A DNA stretch of 52,806 nt, taken from assembly GCF_001194135.2 (NCBI RefSeq), contig NC_068986.1, positions 87,147,047-87,199,852 on the forward strand. Reading direction: 5' to 3'. This DNA is from Octopus bimaculoides (lineage: Eukaryota). Both the position numbers and the translations under genes were made by a program. The notes under the pieces are model-generated. The model searched no databases. It was not told the DNA's origin and worked only from the letters and a program-made list of their open reading frames with translations. Numbering within the stretch: the stretch's first letter is position 1; each line of letters begins with the position of its first letter. Positions 37,355 through 50,185 of the stretch are shown here, piece after piece.

Positions 37355-37569
37355 ATGGTTTCAGATTTTGGAACAAGGCCAGGAATTTCGTGGTGGGCTC
37401 GTCGGTTGCATTGACCCCCAGTGCAGAATTAGTACCTATGTTATCGATTCCGAAAGGATGAAATACAAAGTCGACTTCGGGAGAATTTGAACTCAGAATG
37501 TGCAGACGGACGAAACGCCTCTAAGTATTTTGTTCAGTGGCTTCTAAAGATTCTGCCAGTTCGCCACCT
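37355..37569 (-). mobile_element. SINE family B (tail variant 2)
   Basis: Plus strand CGAAAGGATGAAATACAAAGTCGACTTCGGGAGAATTTGAACTCAGAA...TTCTGCCAGTTCGCC. Confidence 0.8.
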
Positions 37570-37959
37570 TTATATTTGTGAATATCAAGCCATCAAATGT
37601 TACATATTCAAAAGTCGCGGGGTCACGTAAAAAGAGATTTAACTTATCTCAAGTGTTAATCTCTGATAGTTATTTTTTTGTTGTTGGTGGTGGTGGTAGC
37701 GGTGGCGGTGTTGTTGTTGTTGTTGTTGTTGTTGTTGCTTTCTCCTCCATTTCATCACTGACAATGCCTCACTGATCCAAGACATTTCAGTCATTACAGT
37801 TTAGCTTTCTCTTGAGCAATATGTGACCAAGTCAATGTTATAGAATTTAGTCTACGCTCTCTATCCATTTCTAACAGATGGAATAACCACTTACAAAAGG
37901 GATGTCAGACATACGGAAGGAAAGAGTCTTTAGACCATCCATATGGGTATATATGAATG

Positions 37960-38165
37960 TGCGAATGTGTGTCTGTTTGTGTGCGTGTGTATATGTGTGT
38001 GTATGTGTGCGTGTGTATGTGTTTGCATATGTATCTTCTTAAAACGTGACCAATAAAATGAGTACCTAACTTAAAAATATATAAGTCCTGAGGTTGATTT
38101 ATTCCCCTAAACCCTTCAAAACGGTCCGTCATCATGGCCGCAGTCCAAGAAGCAAAACCTGAAGT
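37960..38165 (+). mobile_element. SINE family A, old 3' half
   Basis: GT-rich tract, then AATAAAATGAGTACC...AAGTCCTGAGGTTGATTT...AAACCCTTCAA...CATGGCCGCAGTC. Confidence 0.6.
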
Positions 38166-39082
38166 ATTTAGGTTTAATAAAGATCTTATAATATGCATTG
38201 ATCTCTTTATTTATTGACTTTGGCCTATATCACGATGAGGTTTTTGAAAGACAATTGTTCCTATTTGGCCCGCGATATCTAGTTTATTTTTCAGTCCAGT
38301 CTGAAAAGCAGAAAGTGTTTCACATTCCTGGGGTAGAAACTTTTCTTGTAGATCGCATTATGCCCTGTCCCTAATACAAGGTCTTGATTCTCATTTATCC
38401 CCTATTTTAGCTATGAATATGGAACGAGGAGACGCTCAGTTCCCCGCTAAGAATCACAGACTTAATATTTTCAGAAGTAGAAGATTACATTAAGACTAAG
38501 CTAAAAAAAATCCTCTCTTGTTACAAATTCGAAGAACGAAATACTTTATCCTGTTCACATGACAGAATATATATCATAACATGTTCAGGACAGATTCCAA
38601 AGACATAACAAAGAACAAAACAACTTTTCTTTGGTGTACAAGAGTTCGAATTTGTATGTGTGTGTTTTAAATAGAAAGCTCACAATTTAACTAACATATG
38701 TCATACTCGGTTTTCTTGCAGACTATATCAGTGTTAATGAAATGTGAGGTATTTCAGATAATCATGCAATTTGATACTTATTTCATGTTTATTCGATATT
38801 TGTTTGTTTATGCTACATGCCTGGGGTCCCTTGTTAAACATATTTTTATTCATACACCCACACAAATTTAGCGCACTCACGGACACAGAAGCCAATATTC
38901 ACACACAGAAATACATATACTTATACGTGCATACACAGATCCCGGCACATACAGACACATATATGAATGACATATATTATATGGAAGACTTTCACTCCCA
39001 ATAAAAATCAAATCTATGTATACACTGTCCGCTAAGGAAATAGGTAATAATGTAAATACCCAAATATATGAATAAACGAGCA

Positions 39083-39170
<88 letters not shown>

Positions 39171-39570
39171 CACACACGCAGCCATACACAATACACATGC
39201 ACATTTTTACATGCTCATTTGCATATAGATATATGTATGCTTACAAAAATGCATTATATATACATGTATATGATAAATATAGTGGAAAATTATCATGAAC
39301 ACTAGTATAAAAAATTTGTTCCTATGTACGTTTCACTATACCAGTTATTTGAAACTCAGTGTTGGATTTTTGAAGTGCATTTTGGTGTCTAACCATATTG
39401 GCTCATTCGGTTACAGAAATCTAATATCTGAAGTCGGAGCTCGAACACATAACACAGTCGTCGTATATCTAACTGCACTCGTAAGATATATAATGAATAT
39501 ATTAATTAGAATGGTAGGCGTATTTACAAACACTTCATAAACCACCCACCATATATATCTATATGCACTT

Positions 39571-40104
39571 TACTCTTTTACTTGTTTCAGTCACTTGACT
39601 ATGGCCATACTGGAGCACCGCCTTTAGTCGAGCAAATCGACCCAAGGACTTATTCTTTGTAAGCCAAGTACTTATTCTATCGGTCTCTTTTACCGAACCT
39701 CTAGGTTACGGGGACGTAAACACACCAGCATCCGTTCTCAAGCGATGTTAGGGGGACAAACACAGACGCACAAACATAAATACACACTTACATATACATA
39801 TATATATATATATATATANNNNNNNNNNNNNNNNNNNNNNNNNNNNNNNNNNNNNNNNNNNNNNNNNNNNNNNNNNNNNNNNNNNNNNNNNNNNNNNNNN
39901 NNNNNNNNNNNNNNNNNNNNNNNNNNNNNNNNNNNNNNNNNNNNNNNNNNNNNNNNNNNNNNNNNNNNTATATATACATATTTACGACGGCCTTCTTTCA
40001 GTTTCCGTCTACTAAATCCCCTCACAAGGCTTTGGTCGGCCCGAGGCTATAGTAGAAGACACTTGCCCAAGGTGCCACGCAGTGGGACTGAACTCGGAAC
40101 CATG
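39571..40104 (-). mobile_element. SINE family A, head truncated by ~40 nt, N-gap inside the internal microsatellite
   Basis: Colinear with 2531-2890. Confidence 0.9.
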
Positions 40105-42597
40105 CCTAGAATAGAAAATAATATCAACGATTTCTGTGATCTAGAAATTACTGCGATTTTGAATGTGTTGGGTTTATATTGTACAAGGCTGAGGCTGTGA
40201 TATGAGGTTGTTTCCTAGGCCTGAACAGTGATAGAACGTTGGGGCTATTAAAAGAAATTAAATTGTCCTAACTTAACTTTGAAATTTTTCGGTATTTCTG
40301 CTTATGGATGTTGTACAGGCTTTACATGAGGTGTCTGGTTTGCAAGTGTAGTTCCTTGTGCATAGCAACGGGTCTATTAAATGTGACATGACACGGATGA
40401 AGAAAGAGGGAAAAGAATATGAATGAAGCTTATGTTGCAACAGCGTTCATAGTGAACGGCTTGCAAAGGAACCCATCAGTGTAGGACCTGTGATGTTGTA
40501 TTCTCAGATATGAGAGTTGGATGAAGGCCGTATACATCTGGCTTAGTTTAGAGGTTCATCTTCCCGACACTATCTAATGCTTTCTTGAGGACAAGAGACC
40601 TCTATGGCATGTTATATTTTCGCAAGTCAGTAACGCATTCGTAAATGCTCGTTCTTCGGCCATTAAAATCAGTGTCTAATAGTTCCTTGAACTGTCATTT
40701 TATGGCATAAATTGCATTTCCCACCCCAAGTTGTATTTAAATTTACAAAATATTCATATTTTGTAACTGAATGAATTTTTATTACTGACACAAGAACAAA
40801 TATTTAAAAGTTGTTTCCTTTTGTTCTCACATCGCTCAAAGAAAAAAGAGAAGTCTCACTAGCACATAATATTTCATCTATGTTTATAGCATTAAATTTA
40901 TAGCTTTATTTATATTTTTTTAGATCATTTCAAACATGGCATCTACGGCTCAGTGTTTTATTCTATGGTGTCTGTACCATGTTGTTAGTGATGCTCCTAA
41001 AATGACTGTTAATGCTTAAGTTTATTGATTTCTATTACTGAAAGTCAGTCTATCAACGAAATTGTAGCTTCTATAGTTTACACTTCCATTCAATTGGTTG
41101 ATCCAGAGACCTTGCTAAAAAAAAATGACTACTGATACGATTTAATATATTCTTCTGCTTCAGTGAGAATAGTGCTAATGTCACTGAAATTACGTGTCTT
41201 TATGATGTAACCTATAAGATGTATTCGAGCTTGAGTCCAACAAGTCATGGCGACTTAAAAGACCAGGTAGTCAACAATTTCACGTCAGTGCCTAACTCCC
41301 AGTGGTCTTCCAGTACGTAGGGCTCCAACAAGTAATTTCCGAGGGTTTGTGCTCTTACTTGATAGTTTTTGAACCTACAATAGGTTCATCCATCCTTTTA
41401 ACAGGTCTTTTTTTTTTTAGTCCTGCAGGGTTTCTAGCAACCGTCATCAAGAGGCAAGCTGACAATACGCAGACACACACACACACGTGTGTGTTTATGT
41501 GTGTATGTGTGGGGGTGTTATTGCATGTTTATACGCAAGCACACACATTTTATTCGCTGATATCAAAAATTACATATTTGTATAGGTAAAAATGTATGAA
41601 TACTTTTGTTTGTGTATGTGTGAGCACATGTGTAAATGTGAGAGGATTATGTTCTCATTGTATGTATTTATGTATGTGAATCTATATGAACGTAGGATAA
41701 CATTGCGTGTTCCTGTGTTGGTGTATACATCACTGCATGTATATGTGAGTGATTTGTGTGAGTGTATGTACAAGTAATTTTCTAAAATCTACAGCAGCAT
41801 AATGAAAACCGAAATGCAACAGCAACAAAGTAACAGAAAATAAAAACAACAGTAACACGAAAACAAAGAACAATAGCAAAAAATATTCTATTATTAATGC
41901 TTTAGGGCTAATTAAAAAACTAAAAGAGGTAATCCGTGAGATAGAAGAAAAGGGCAACCCTTTAAGAGACTATAATATGGCTGTGATTGCAGCCAACAGG
42001 GCGAACGAAAGTAGGATGGGTGGTAACGGTGCTTTGTGAGAACAAAAATCTGATTCTGATAGCGGAATGTTTGTTAGAAAAGTGTAATTAAAAACGCTTC
42101 TCCCCTCAAGGTCCTATATATATATATATGTGTTTTTTTGTATCTGTGTGTGTGTGTGTGTGTGTGCGTGTGTGTGTGTGTGTGTTTGCGTGTGTATATG
42201 TGTGTATGTATATGCGAATATATATCCATGTGAATGCATGTGTGTGCGCTAGCTTGCGATAAGTTTGTGTTTGGTGTAATTGTTGAAAGTTGCATATACA
42301 TATGCTTGAATATACATACATATATATATGTACATACATTCACACGTGTGTGTGTGTATGTAGCAATATATGTGTGTGCGTTTCTGTGTGGTGTAATTAT
42401 TTAATTCGCTTCTTATTTCCAGTAACGATTGGTACTAGCCAAGCTGGAGCACTATCACAATGTTTTTCTTAACCTTATTTCTAAGTGTTTCTCCTGGATT
42501 TCATGTGAGTGAAAGTGCGATGCCCGTATTTGTATTTCATATTCGTACGTGTATCCATACATGCATGCATATATACATACATATGTATATATACATG

Positions 42598-42663
<66 letters not shown>

Positions 42664-43158
42664 AGAATATACAAAAAATAACAACAGACGAGGACAGGTG
42701 GTGTAAATAACAAAAGTATATATTAGTANNNNNNNNNNNNNNNNNNNNNNNNNNNNNNNNNNNNNNNNNNNNNNNNNNNNNNNNNNNNNNNNNNNNNNNN
42801 NNNNNNNNNNNNNNNNNNNNNNNNNNNNNNNNNNNNNNNNNNNNNNNNNNNNNNNNNNNNNNNNNNNNNNNNNNNNNNNNNNNNNNNNNNNNNNNNNNNN
42901 NNNNNNNNNNNNNNNNNNNNNNNNNNNNNNNNNNNNNNNNNNNNNNNNNNNNNNNNNNNNNNNNNNNNNNNNNNNNNNNNNNNNNNNNNNNNNNNNNNNN
43001 NNNNNNNNNNNNNNNNNNNNNNNNNNNNNNNNNNNNNNATATATATTGTTGTACTTGGGGATGGTCATATTGCCAGTTTAGCCAATAAAAACACACGCAC
43101 TGTATATTTGGTGTTAATTTGCTTCAGCTTTATATTACATTAATCTTAATCTTATTTC

Positions 43159-43202
43159 GGCCAGAGTTCTTTCGTCACACTTCTGTGACATCATCAGTGG
43201 TC
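43159..43202 (-). ncRNA. minimal type I hammerhead ribozyme motif (Penelope/retrozyme style)
   Basis: Minus strand GACCA-CTGATGA-T-GTCACA-GAAG-TGTGAC-GAAA-GAAC-TC-TGGCC. The CUGANGA and GAAA cores are intact. Stem II is 6 perfect bp, stem I is CCA/TGG plus G-C after one mismatch, stem III is 2 bp, and the cleavage triplet is CUC. Confidence 0.7.
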
Positions 43203-43277
43203 CTTTGTTTCCTTCCTTCTTATGTGTGTCTCACCTTATATATATACATATAACGTGAGAGAGTTAGGGGTTGGGGG

Positions 43278-43311
<34 letters not shown>

Positions 43312-44034
43312 TCTCTGTCAGTGTGTGTGTGCTTTCGTCAGTGGAGTGTGATTCGTGGTAGATTTGGTTTCTTAAGAATCATGTATGTGTATGTGTGTAA
43401 TGTGTACGCGTGTGCAAAATACATGAGTGAAGGTGTGTTTACAGGTGAGTTACATTGGTTCCATTAATGTGTGGGTGAGAATAACAGTAGATATTCTAAT
43501 TTGATATTTGATACATCGTCTGATACCTGCTTTGCTTTCTTGATTTAGGAGTTGATAACTTTAGTACCAGTAATATACCTTCCTTTATTTAAATCATTAG
43601 TGTATGAAACTGTATAGTTCTCTATTTAAGACATGAGGAATTATGTACATTATATACATTATTTACATATGACGGATATTTATCCTCGTCTTGTTAACAC
43701 CAAACAAGATGAGGATAAATATCCGTCAAATGTAAATAAAATAAATAATGTAAATAATGAAACTGTGTATGTACCTATATATAAAATTATCCAAATAATT
43801 TCTTGGTGAAAAATATCTAAACAAAAATAAACAATGATACAAGGCAAATAATTACATGCTTTAAGGAAATAATAGGGAGAAGATTTAACATTTCGGATAG
43901 CGGTCATTCATCAAGAGAAAAAAATTACGTAATGAGAAAGAAAACTGCTTTTATACCAGATAACAGTGGAATGTACTTATATGTACTTTGGGTAGAAATT
44001 GCTTGTTTAAATAAATGTGTATGTGATAAAGAGA

Positions 44035-44100
<66 letters not shown>

Positions 44101-44370
44101 TCAGTTAGACAAACAGACAAACAAACAGACAATGCTAGAAAAAATCACGAGAGCTATGTACGTAAGCGAATGCTCATTTTTTAGTATGTGATCCTAAATG
44201 AGGGGGAAACGCATACTACTTGCTCGAGCAGTTTGAAATAGCAATGGAATCTCACTTTACTTTCTTTAAATCGAAGAGATAATTCTTGAAATAGATGGAT
44301 GGTCATGGGTGGAATGCTTTTGAACATGGGGTTAACTTTAAGCTAACAGAGCGTCTTTAACTATGTGTCC

Positions 44371-44498
44371 GCTTCGCAAAACATGGCTCCAGGTGCGTCC
44401 TTACTGTGTGGAACCTTAGGCAAGTGTCTTCCACTATAACCTCGGACCAATGAAAAGCATTGTGGGATTTGGTAGACGGAAATTCAAAGAAGCGCATC

Positions 44499-44500
<2 letters not shown>
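44371..44500 (+). mobile_element. SINE family A, old 5' half
   Basis: CATGGCTCCAGGT...GGAACCTTAGGCAAGTGTCTTCCACTATAACCTCGG...GATTTGGTAGACGGAAATTCAAAGAAGC, then (TA)n and a gap. Confidence 0.78.
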
Positions 44501-44538
<38 letters not shown>

Positions 44539-45389
44539 AATTATATATATGCATATATATGTATATGTACACACATACANNNNNNNNNNNNNNNNNNNNN
44601 NNNNNNNNNNNNNNNNNNNNNNNNNNNNNNNNNNNNNNNNNNNNNNNNNNNNNNNNNNNNNNNNNNNNNNNNNNNNNNNNNNNNNNNNNNNNNNNNNNNN
44701 NNNNNNNNNNNNNNNNNNNNNNNNNNNNNNNNNNNNNNNNNNNNNNNNNNNNNNNNNNNNNNNNNNNNNNNNNNNNNNNNNNNNNNNNNNNNNNNNNNNN
44801 NNNNNNNNNNNNNNNNNNNNNNNNNNNNNNNNNNNNNNNNNNNNNNNNNNNNNNNNNNNNNNNNNNNNNNNNNNNNNNNNNNNNNNNNNNNNNNNNNNNN
44901 NNNNNNNNNNNNNNNNNNNNNNNNNNNNNNNNNNNNNNNNNNNNNNNNNNNNNNNNNNNNNNNNNNNNNNNNNNNNNNNNNNNNNNNNNNNNNNNNNNNN
45001 NNNNNNNNNNNNNNNNNNNNNNNNNNNNNNNNNNNNNNNNNNNNNNNNNNNNNNNNNNNNNNNNNNNNNNNNNNNNNNNNNNNNNNNNNNNNNNNNNNNN
45101 NNNNNNNNNNNNNNNNNNNNNNNNNNNNNNNNNNNNNNNNNNNNNNNNNNNNNNNNNNNNNNNNNNNNNNNNNNNNNNNNNNNNNNNNNNNNNNNNNNNN
45201 NNNNNNNNNNNNNNNNNNNNNNNNNNNNNNNNNNNNNNNNNNNNNNNNNNNNNNNNNNNNNNNNNNNNNNNNNNNNNNNNNNNNNNNNNATTATCATATG
45301 TATTTATTTTCTCCTAGTTAATAATTGACTCGGACAAAATAAATTGTTTAATAGATACCAGGATAGCAAAGATCACAAAATGACTGTGG

Positions 45390-45435
45390 TGTAACTCCTG
45401 TTTATGAGGTTTCTACCTCATAAACAGGAGTTACA
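45390..45435. repeat. perfect 21-bp stem, 4-nt loop hairpin
   Basis: TGTAACTCCTGTTTATGAGGT-TTCT-ACCTCATAAACAGGAGTTACA. Confidence 0.95.
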
Positions 45436-45454
45436 AGTATTTTGGGTACTTGAG

Positions 45455-45745
45455 TATATATAAATTTAGTAAATGGAGTAAAACGCACATATTAACTAAA
45501 TACTTTTATTTCCAACATATGTTTCGAAGATTACAAATAATACTTTCCATAGGAATAGGTGATGTTGAGACGAATATAGTCTTCTCTTCAAGGAAATGCA
45601 TGGGAACCAGCTTAAACGTAAGACATGAAGAGAAGATTACATTCTTATCAACATCACCTATTCCTATGGAAATAATTTGTAATCTTCGAATCATAGTATT
45701 CAGTTAACATATGCGTTTTACTCCATTTACTAAATTTATATATAT
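45455..45745. repeat. long foldback (arms ~120-135 bp, ~35-nt loop)
   Basis: Arms at ~45455-45590 and ~45626-45745. Example pairs: TAAATTTAGTAAATGGAGTAAAACGCA / TGCGTTTTACTCCATTTACTAAATTTA and TTTCCATAGGAATAGGTGATGTTGA / TCAACATCACCTATTCCTATGGAAA. Confidence 0.93.
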
Positions 45746-45814
45746 ATATACATATATATAAACCGAAAGAATAAATACCATGCTTAAAAAACAAAAACGT
45801 AATGATGTCGATTT

Positions 45815-45880
45815 AATCGACTAAAACTTCTTTGAGACGGTGCTGCAGCATGGTCGCAGTCTAATGACTTCAACAATTAG
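45815..45880 (+). mobile_element. SINE family A tail fragment
   Basis: ATCGACTAAAACTTCTTTGAGACGGTGCTGCAGCATGGTCGCAGTCTAATGACT. Confidence 0.7.
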
Positions 45881-46317
45881 AAGACAAAAAGATAAAAGAT
45901 ACATATAAACACATTCACACAGAAATACATGCACATACACACACACATATATATACACATATATACTTATATATAATCTGTGTGTGTATGTGTGTGTGTG
46001 TGTGTGTGTGTGTATGCATGCACAAGCAATCAGCCACATAACGACGCAAGTAATATATATGACCTTGTGTTACTGTGTATACGTATATCTATTAGTTTCA
46101 CAATGCCTACCTATTAAATTGACATTTATATATGAAAATTAAATATAGGTGCATTTATATTCTTAGATCCCAATTTTCCTCGCAGGAACAACTCACACGG
46201 CCGGTCGTCTATTTCTGTCTCGCCTTTTATATAAAATTCCTGAACTTTCTATCAATAAACACAGCTATTGAAACGTACCACCATCCCTAACAATCTAACA
46301 TAAATCATACCGTCTTA

Positions 46318-46353
<36 letters not shown>

Positions 46354-46660
46354 CTGTGAGTGTGTGTCTGCGAGTATGTGTATGTGTATGCGAGTGTGTT
46401 TGTGTATATATAAATGTGTATGTATGATGATATGTATGTTTTATATATCTGCATAGACATCCACACTAAGCAGTTCTCCTGAGGGAAATTCGATATGCAT
46501 AAATTTAGCATGTATATATACGTGCAATAGATGTGTAAATGTCAGATGTACACCTGTAAACACTTAAACACCATCAAATGTTTATATGCATATATGCATG
46601 TATATATGTATGTATACATCTAGGTATATGTATACATTCACAGTAATATATAAATATACA

Positions 46661-46718
<58 letters not shown>

Positions 46719-47532
46719 GGTGTGTATAAACTATCTGTAGAAGCCTGCATACTTGTCAAAAGCTAGGTATCCCGAGATGTGAAGGAGTCGGCGAAAATAG
46801 ATAGGTCAATTTTTGCCTACGTAGAGGTCAGTCGCCATTAGCTAGATTTCAGTTATGAATATGAGTTAACTTTCTCTAGGTAGAAAGATTAAAAAAAAAA
46901 ACGTGTGTGTGTGTGTGTGTGTGTGTGTATGCATGTCTGTGTGTCTGTGTATTTGCACGTGTGTGTGTGACTGTCTTTGGGAGTGTGTGTTTGTATGTAT
47001 GTGTGCATTTGCGTCTGTGTGTGTTTCTGTGCGTATATGCGTCTGAATATGTATTTGAGTGCCCTTGTATTTTATCTTTCTGATAGGCGGAAAACTATAA
47101 AAGTGGCAAGAAAAATGCAGACGCGTGGGTTGGATTAGCCTTGGTGTAGATAATATGCCGCTATTCCTGAGGAGAACCGTTCTTTGAAGAAGTGATAGAA
47201 GAAGTGATGAATTGCTTATATCTCTAGATTCGATGTTGAAGTCATTCTTCAAAGAATCTTCAGCAGTCAAGTGACTGTACATTATATCCAGGATACGTAG
47301 TATATAACGTAGCATTTTCAAATATGTAAGACCTGCTACAAGATGATTCATATTGGATCACTGGTTTAGTCTGCTTATAAGCTTCTTATTTGGAATTCTG
47401 AAACTTGACAGGTTCCCTTGGTGTTTTATGACAGCTGTCCTGTCTAAGGTGAACAATGGGCTCAATTTTCCAAGCGTATTCACCTAATTTCTTCCCCGTC
47501 TAAGGGGTAATTTTACCTGATACATTATAAGC

Positions 47533-47595
47533 CAGGAGTGGCCAAACTGCGGCTCGCGAGACACATGCAGCTCTTTGACCCTTAATATGCGGCTC
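47533..47595. mobile_element. hAT (Charlie-like) terminal fragment
   Basis: CAGGAGTGGCCAAACTGCGGCTCGCGAG...GCAGCTC...GCGGCTC resembles hAT termini with GCGGCTC subterminal repeats. The other end was not found. Confidence 0.55.
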
Positions 47596-47654
47596 ATGGA
47601 AATATGTTGGCTGAGCTCCTTTTTTCATCATAGTTTGTGTGTATTCTTTATTCT

Positions 47655-47875
47655 TCTTTGACGTGTCACAGTCATTTGATTGCGGCCATACTGGAGCACT
47701 GCCTTAAAGAGCTTTTTTTAGTGGAAGAAATCGACCTCAGGACTTGTTCTTTGTAAGTTTACTACTTATTCTATCGGTTTTCATGTCGAACCGCTAGATA
47801 CGAGGACGTAATCATACCATCATTGGTTGTGAAGCGATGGTGGGGAGACAATCATACACACAGACACGCACACAT
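47655..47875 (-). mobile_element. SINE family A, 3' half (variant with extra segment before GGCGGTGCTCC)
   Basis: CAGTCATTTGATTGCGGCCATACTGGAGCAC...TACTTATTCTATCGG...GAACCGCTAG...AGCGATGGTGGGGAGAC. Confidence 0.82.
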
Positions 47876-47887
47876 AAATATATATAT

Positions 47888-48214
47888 TGAGCAAGCATCA
47901 TCTACTATGGCCTCAGGCCGCCCAAAGCCTTGTGAATGGATTGGGTAGATGTAAACTGACAGAAGCTCATCATGTGTGTGTGTGTGTGTGTGTGCCTATG
48001 TGTGTATGTCTTCGTGTATTTGTTTGTCCGTCACCACCACTTGACAACCGCTGTTCGTGTGCTTACGTCCCCGTAACATAGTCAATCGGCAAAAGTTACC
48101 GATGGAATAAGTACTAGGCCTTAAAAAATGCCCTGGGGTCTCTTCCTTCGACTAAAACCCTTCAAGGTGGTACCCTAGCATGGCCGCAGTCAAATGAGAG
48201 AAATAAGTAAAAAG
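47888..48214 (+). mobile_element. SINE family A, headless (CORE block, microsatellite, tail)
   Basis: CAAAGCCTTGTGAATGGATT...(GT)n...CTTGACAACCG...ACGTCCCCGTAAC...TAAGTACTAGGC...GCATGGCCGCAGTCAAATG. Confidence 0.85.
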
Positions 48215-48231
48215 AAAAAAAGATTAAAAAG

Positions 48232-48278
<47 letters not shown>

Positions 48279-49984
48279 CATATATACACACATATATACA
48301 CATATGTATGCATATATGTGTGAATGTGTGTAAGTGTGTGTGCATGTAGGTATGTATGTATGTATCTATGTATATATACGTGTGTGCGATGTGTGTGCGC
48401 GCGCGCATGTGCGTGTTTTGAAGTACAGAATCTACCTAGTGTTTAGGAAGATTAAAATTGAATATACTGACTATACATCGTAAGTAAATCCGAAAAACAT
48501 TTAATCTGGGGCAGGATATATAATTGATCTTCATTGCAAGTTTCCTGGCAGGAATGTAATTATTGATATTTTCTCATTGGTATGGGGTTAATTTCTGTAA
48601 ATATCACTCGCCACGAAGTAATTCGCCAATGAAAGTCAATTCAAAACTAGCAGGATGATCTCCACATCGTGGAAAACAAAGTTAAAGAACCTTAGTCTAG
48701 TTCTTACCTATGTCTATCAAACATGATCAATATTTATAACAACAGCTGTTACAATAACATATCTATGACGAACAGAAATAATTGCGATGTAATATAAAAA
48801 TGTAGGTAGAGGAGAAAAGCAGCGAAATGCGTTGTAATAAATTAGTGGAGATAACAATCATTGTGAATCAATCTTGATAAACTAAATATATTTCGAAATA
48901 AAAGGTATTGGAGCTTTCGCTTATAGATCCACGCAGTCTGCACATCGCTCATCTGAACAATACCTTCTTTCGGAGGAAACGAATGTAATCTATCTACTTT
49001 CATATACAATCAAAGTGTATAGTATTATATATTCATCGAGGCCAATCTCACTAATCAGTTTCGCACCTTATATTAAGTAGAAGCCCAGTTACGTAATACC
49101 GCGTGCCGTCAGAGCAGGCAGGTAAGGAGAAGAATATAGCGATTGCTCTATGTTATTAGAGGTGAAAAACTACATCCGGTTTGTGTCTGCTGTGAAAACA
49201 GATGACAAACTGAATAAGGGCTATATCAAGTGTTGTGTGCTTTGACCCCCAAAAGTCCCTCTGACGTTTTCTGAGATTATGTCTATGTGTGTGTGTGTGT
49301 GTGCGTGTGTGAGGGAGGGGGTTGGTGCTCGTCTAGGTTTGGAATGTATTTAGGGGTATTATTATGCGTAGGGCTTTGGGTAGCCAGGTGCATGAGCAGG
49401 TGCCCAAACGCCAAGGACCATGTTAAGGCACATATGTGTCTGTGTGTACGTTTGTGTGTGTTTTTGTTTATCTCTTTGGTGGGTTCTCAGGATATGGTGG
49501 TGAAAAGACCGAAGGTATAAAACTGGTGATATTCTTGAGGGGACTGTACCGAAAGATTATTAATATGGTTCTTTTCTCGGCTAAACATTAAATGCAGTTT
49601 CTGCTATACTCAGATTATTTACATTATACTGTACTCAGTTGCGATTATACGGTCATATGTACCAGGCCAACTCTATGGAATTTCATCCAGCAGGAGTTAG
49701 AAAGACTTAGATTCATTGAATCTGGTTTTTCGAAGTGTAAGTGCGACAATGAAAACAGAAACACAAAAAATAACAGGAATATTATCAAACAAGTTGAATG
49801 AAACTGGTGACATATTCAAACCAAAACATAGATCAAATGTGTTATAGTCTCTACATTTATTCACTTATTGGAAATCATAAATATGCATAAATTTACTGAA
49901 ATTCATGATGTGAAACTATATTTTACCGTCAGGAAAATCCCCAATGAAGTTTTGCTTTTTGTAAAGTGACTTTCCTTTCTGAAA

Positions 49985-50185
49985 TAAGTACAAGGCTTTA
50001 AATCTTAGAGAAGGGGATTTATTAATTACATCGACCCCAGGAATTGAGCGGTAATTATTTCATCGCCTTCAAAAGAATGAGAGGCAAAGTCAATCTCGGT
50101 GAAATTTGAACTCAGAACGGAAAGTCAGAAGAAATGCCGCGAAGTGCTTTGCCCGGTGTACTAACGAGTCTTCCTGCTCCGTACC
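49985..50185 (-). mobile_element. SINE family B, degenerate
   Basis: ATTACATCGACCCCAG...GAGGCAAAGTCAATCTCGGTGAAATTTGAACTCAGAACG. Confidence 0.75.

Noticed and set aside
40105-40760. Possible decayed LINE coding sequence
   Set aside because: No diagnostic EN or RT motif could be read in any frame.
41164-41320. Open plus frame ENSANVTEITCLYDVTYK...SSST after a good acceptor
   Set aside because: Donor choice is ambiguous, equally readable frames exist on the minus strand, and there is no recognisable homology.
47215-47270. CTGAAGA...CATCGAAT motif on the minus strand
   Set aside because: The core reads GAAT and no stems close the junction.
49614-49736. Plus-strand exon candidate ending at a strong GTAAGT donor
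   Set aside because: Two competing weak acceptors and no homology. It cannot be chained convincingly to other candidates.
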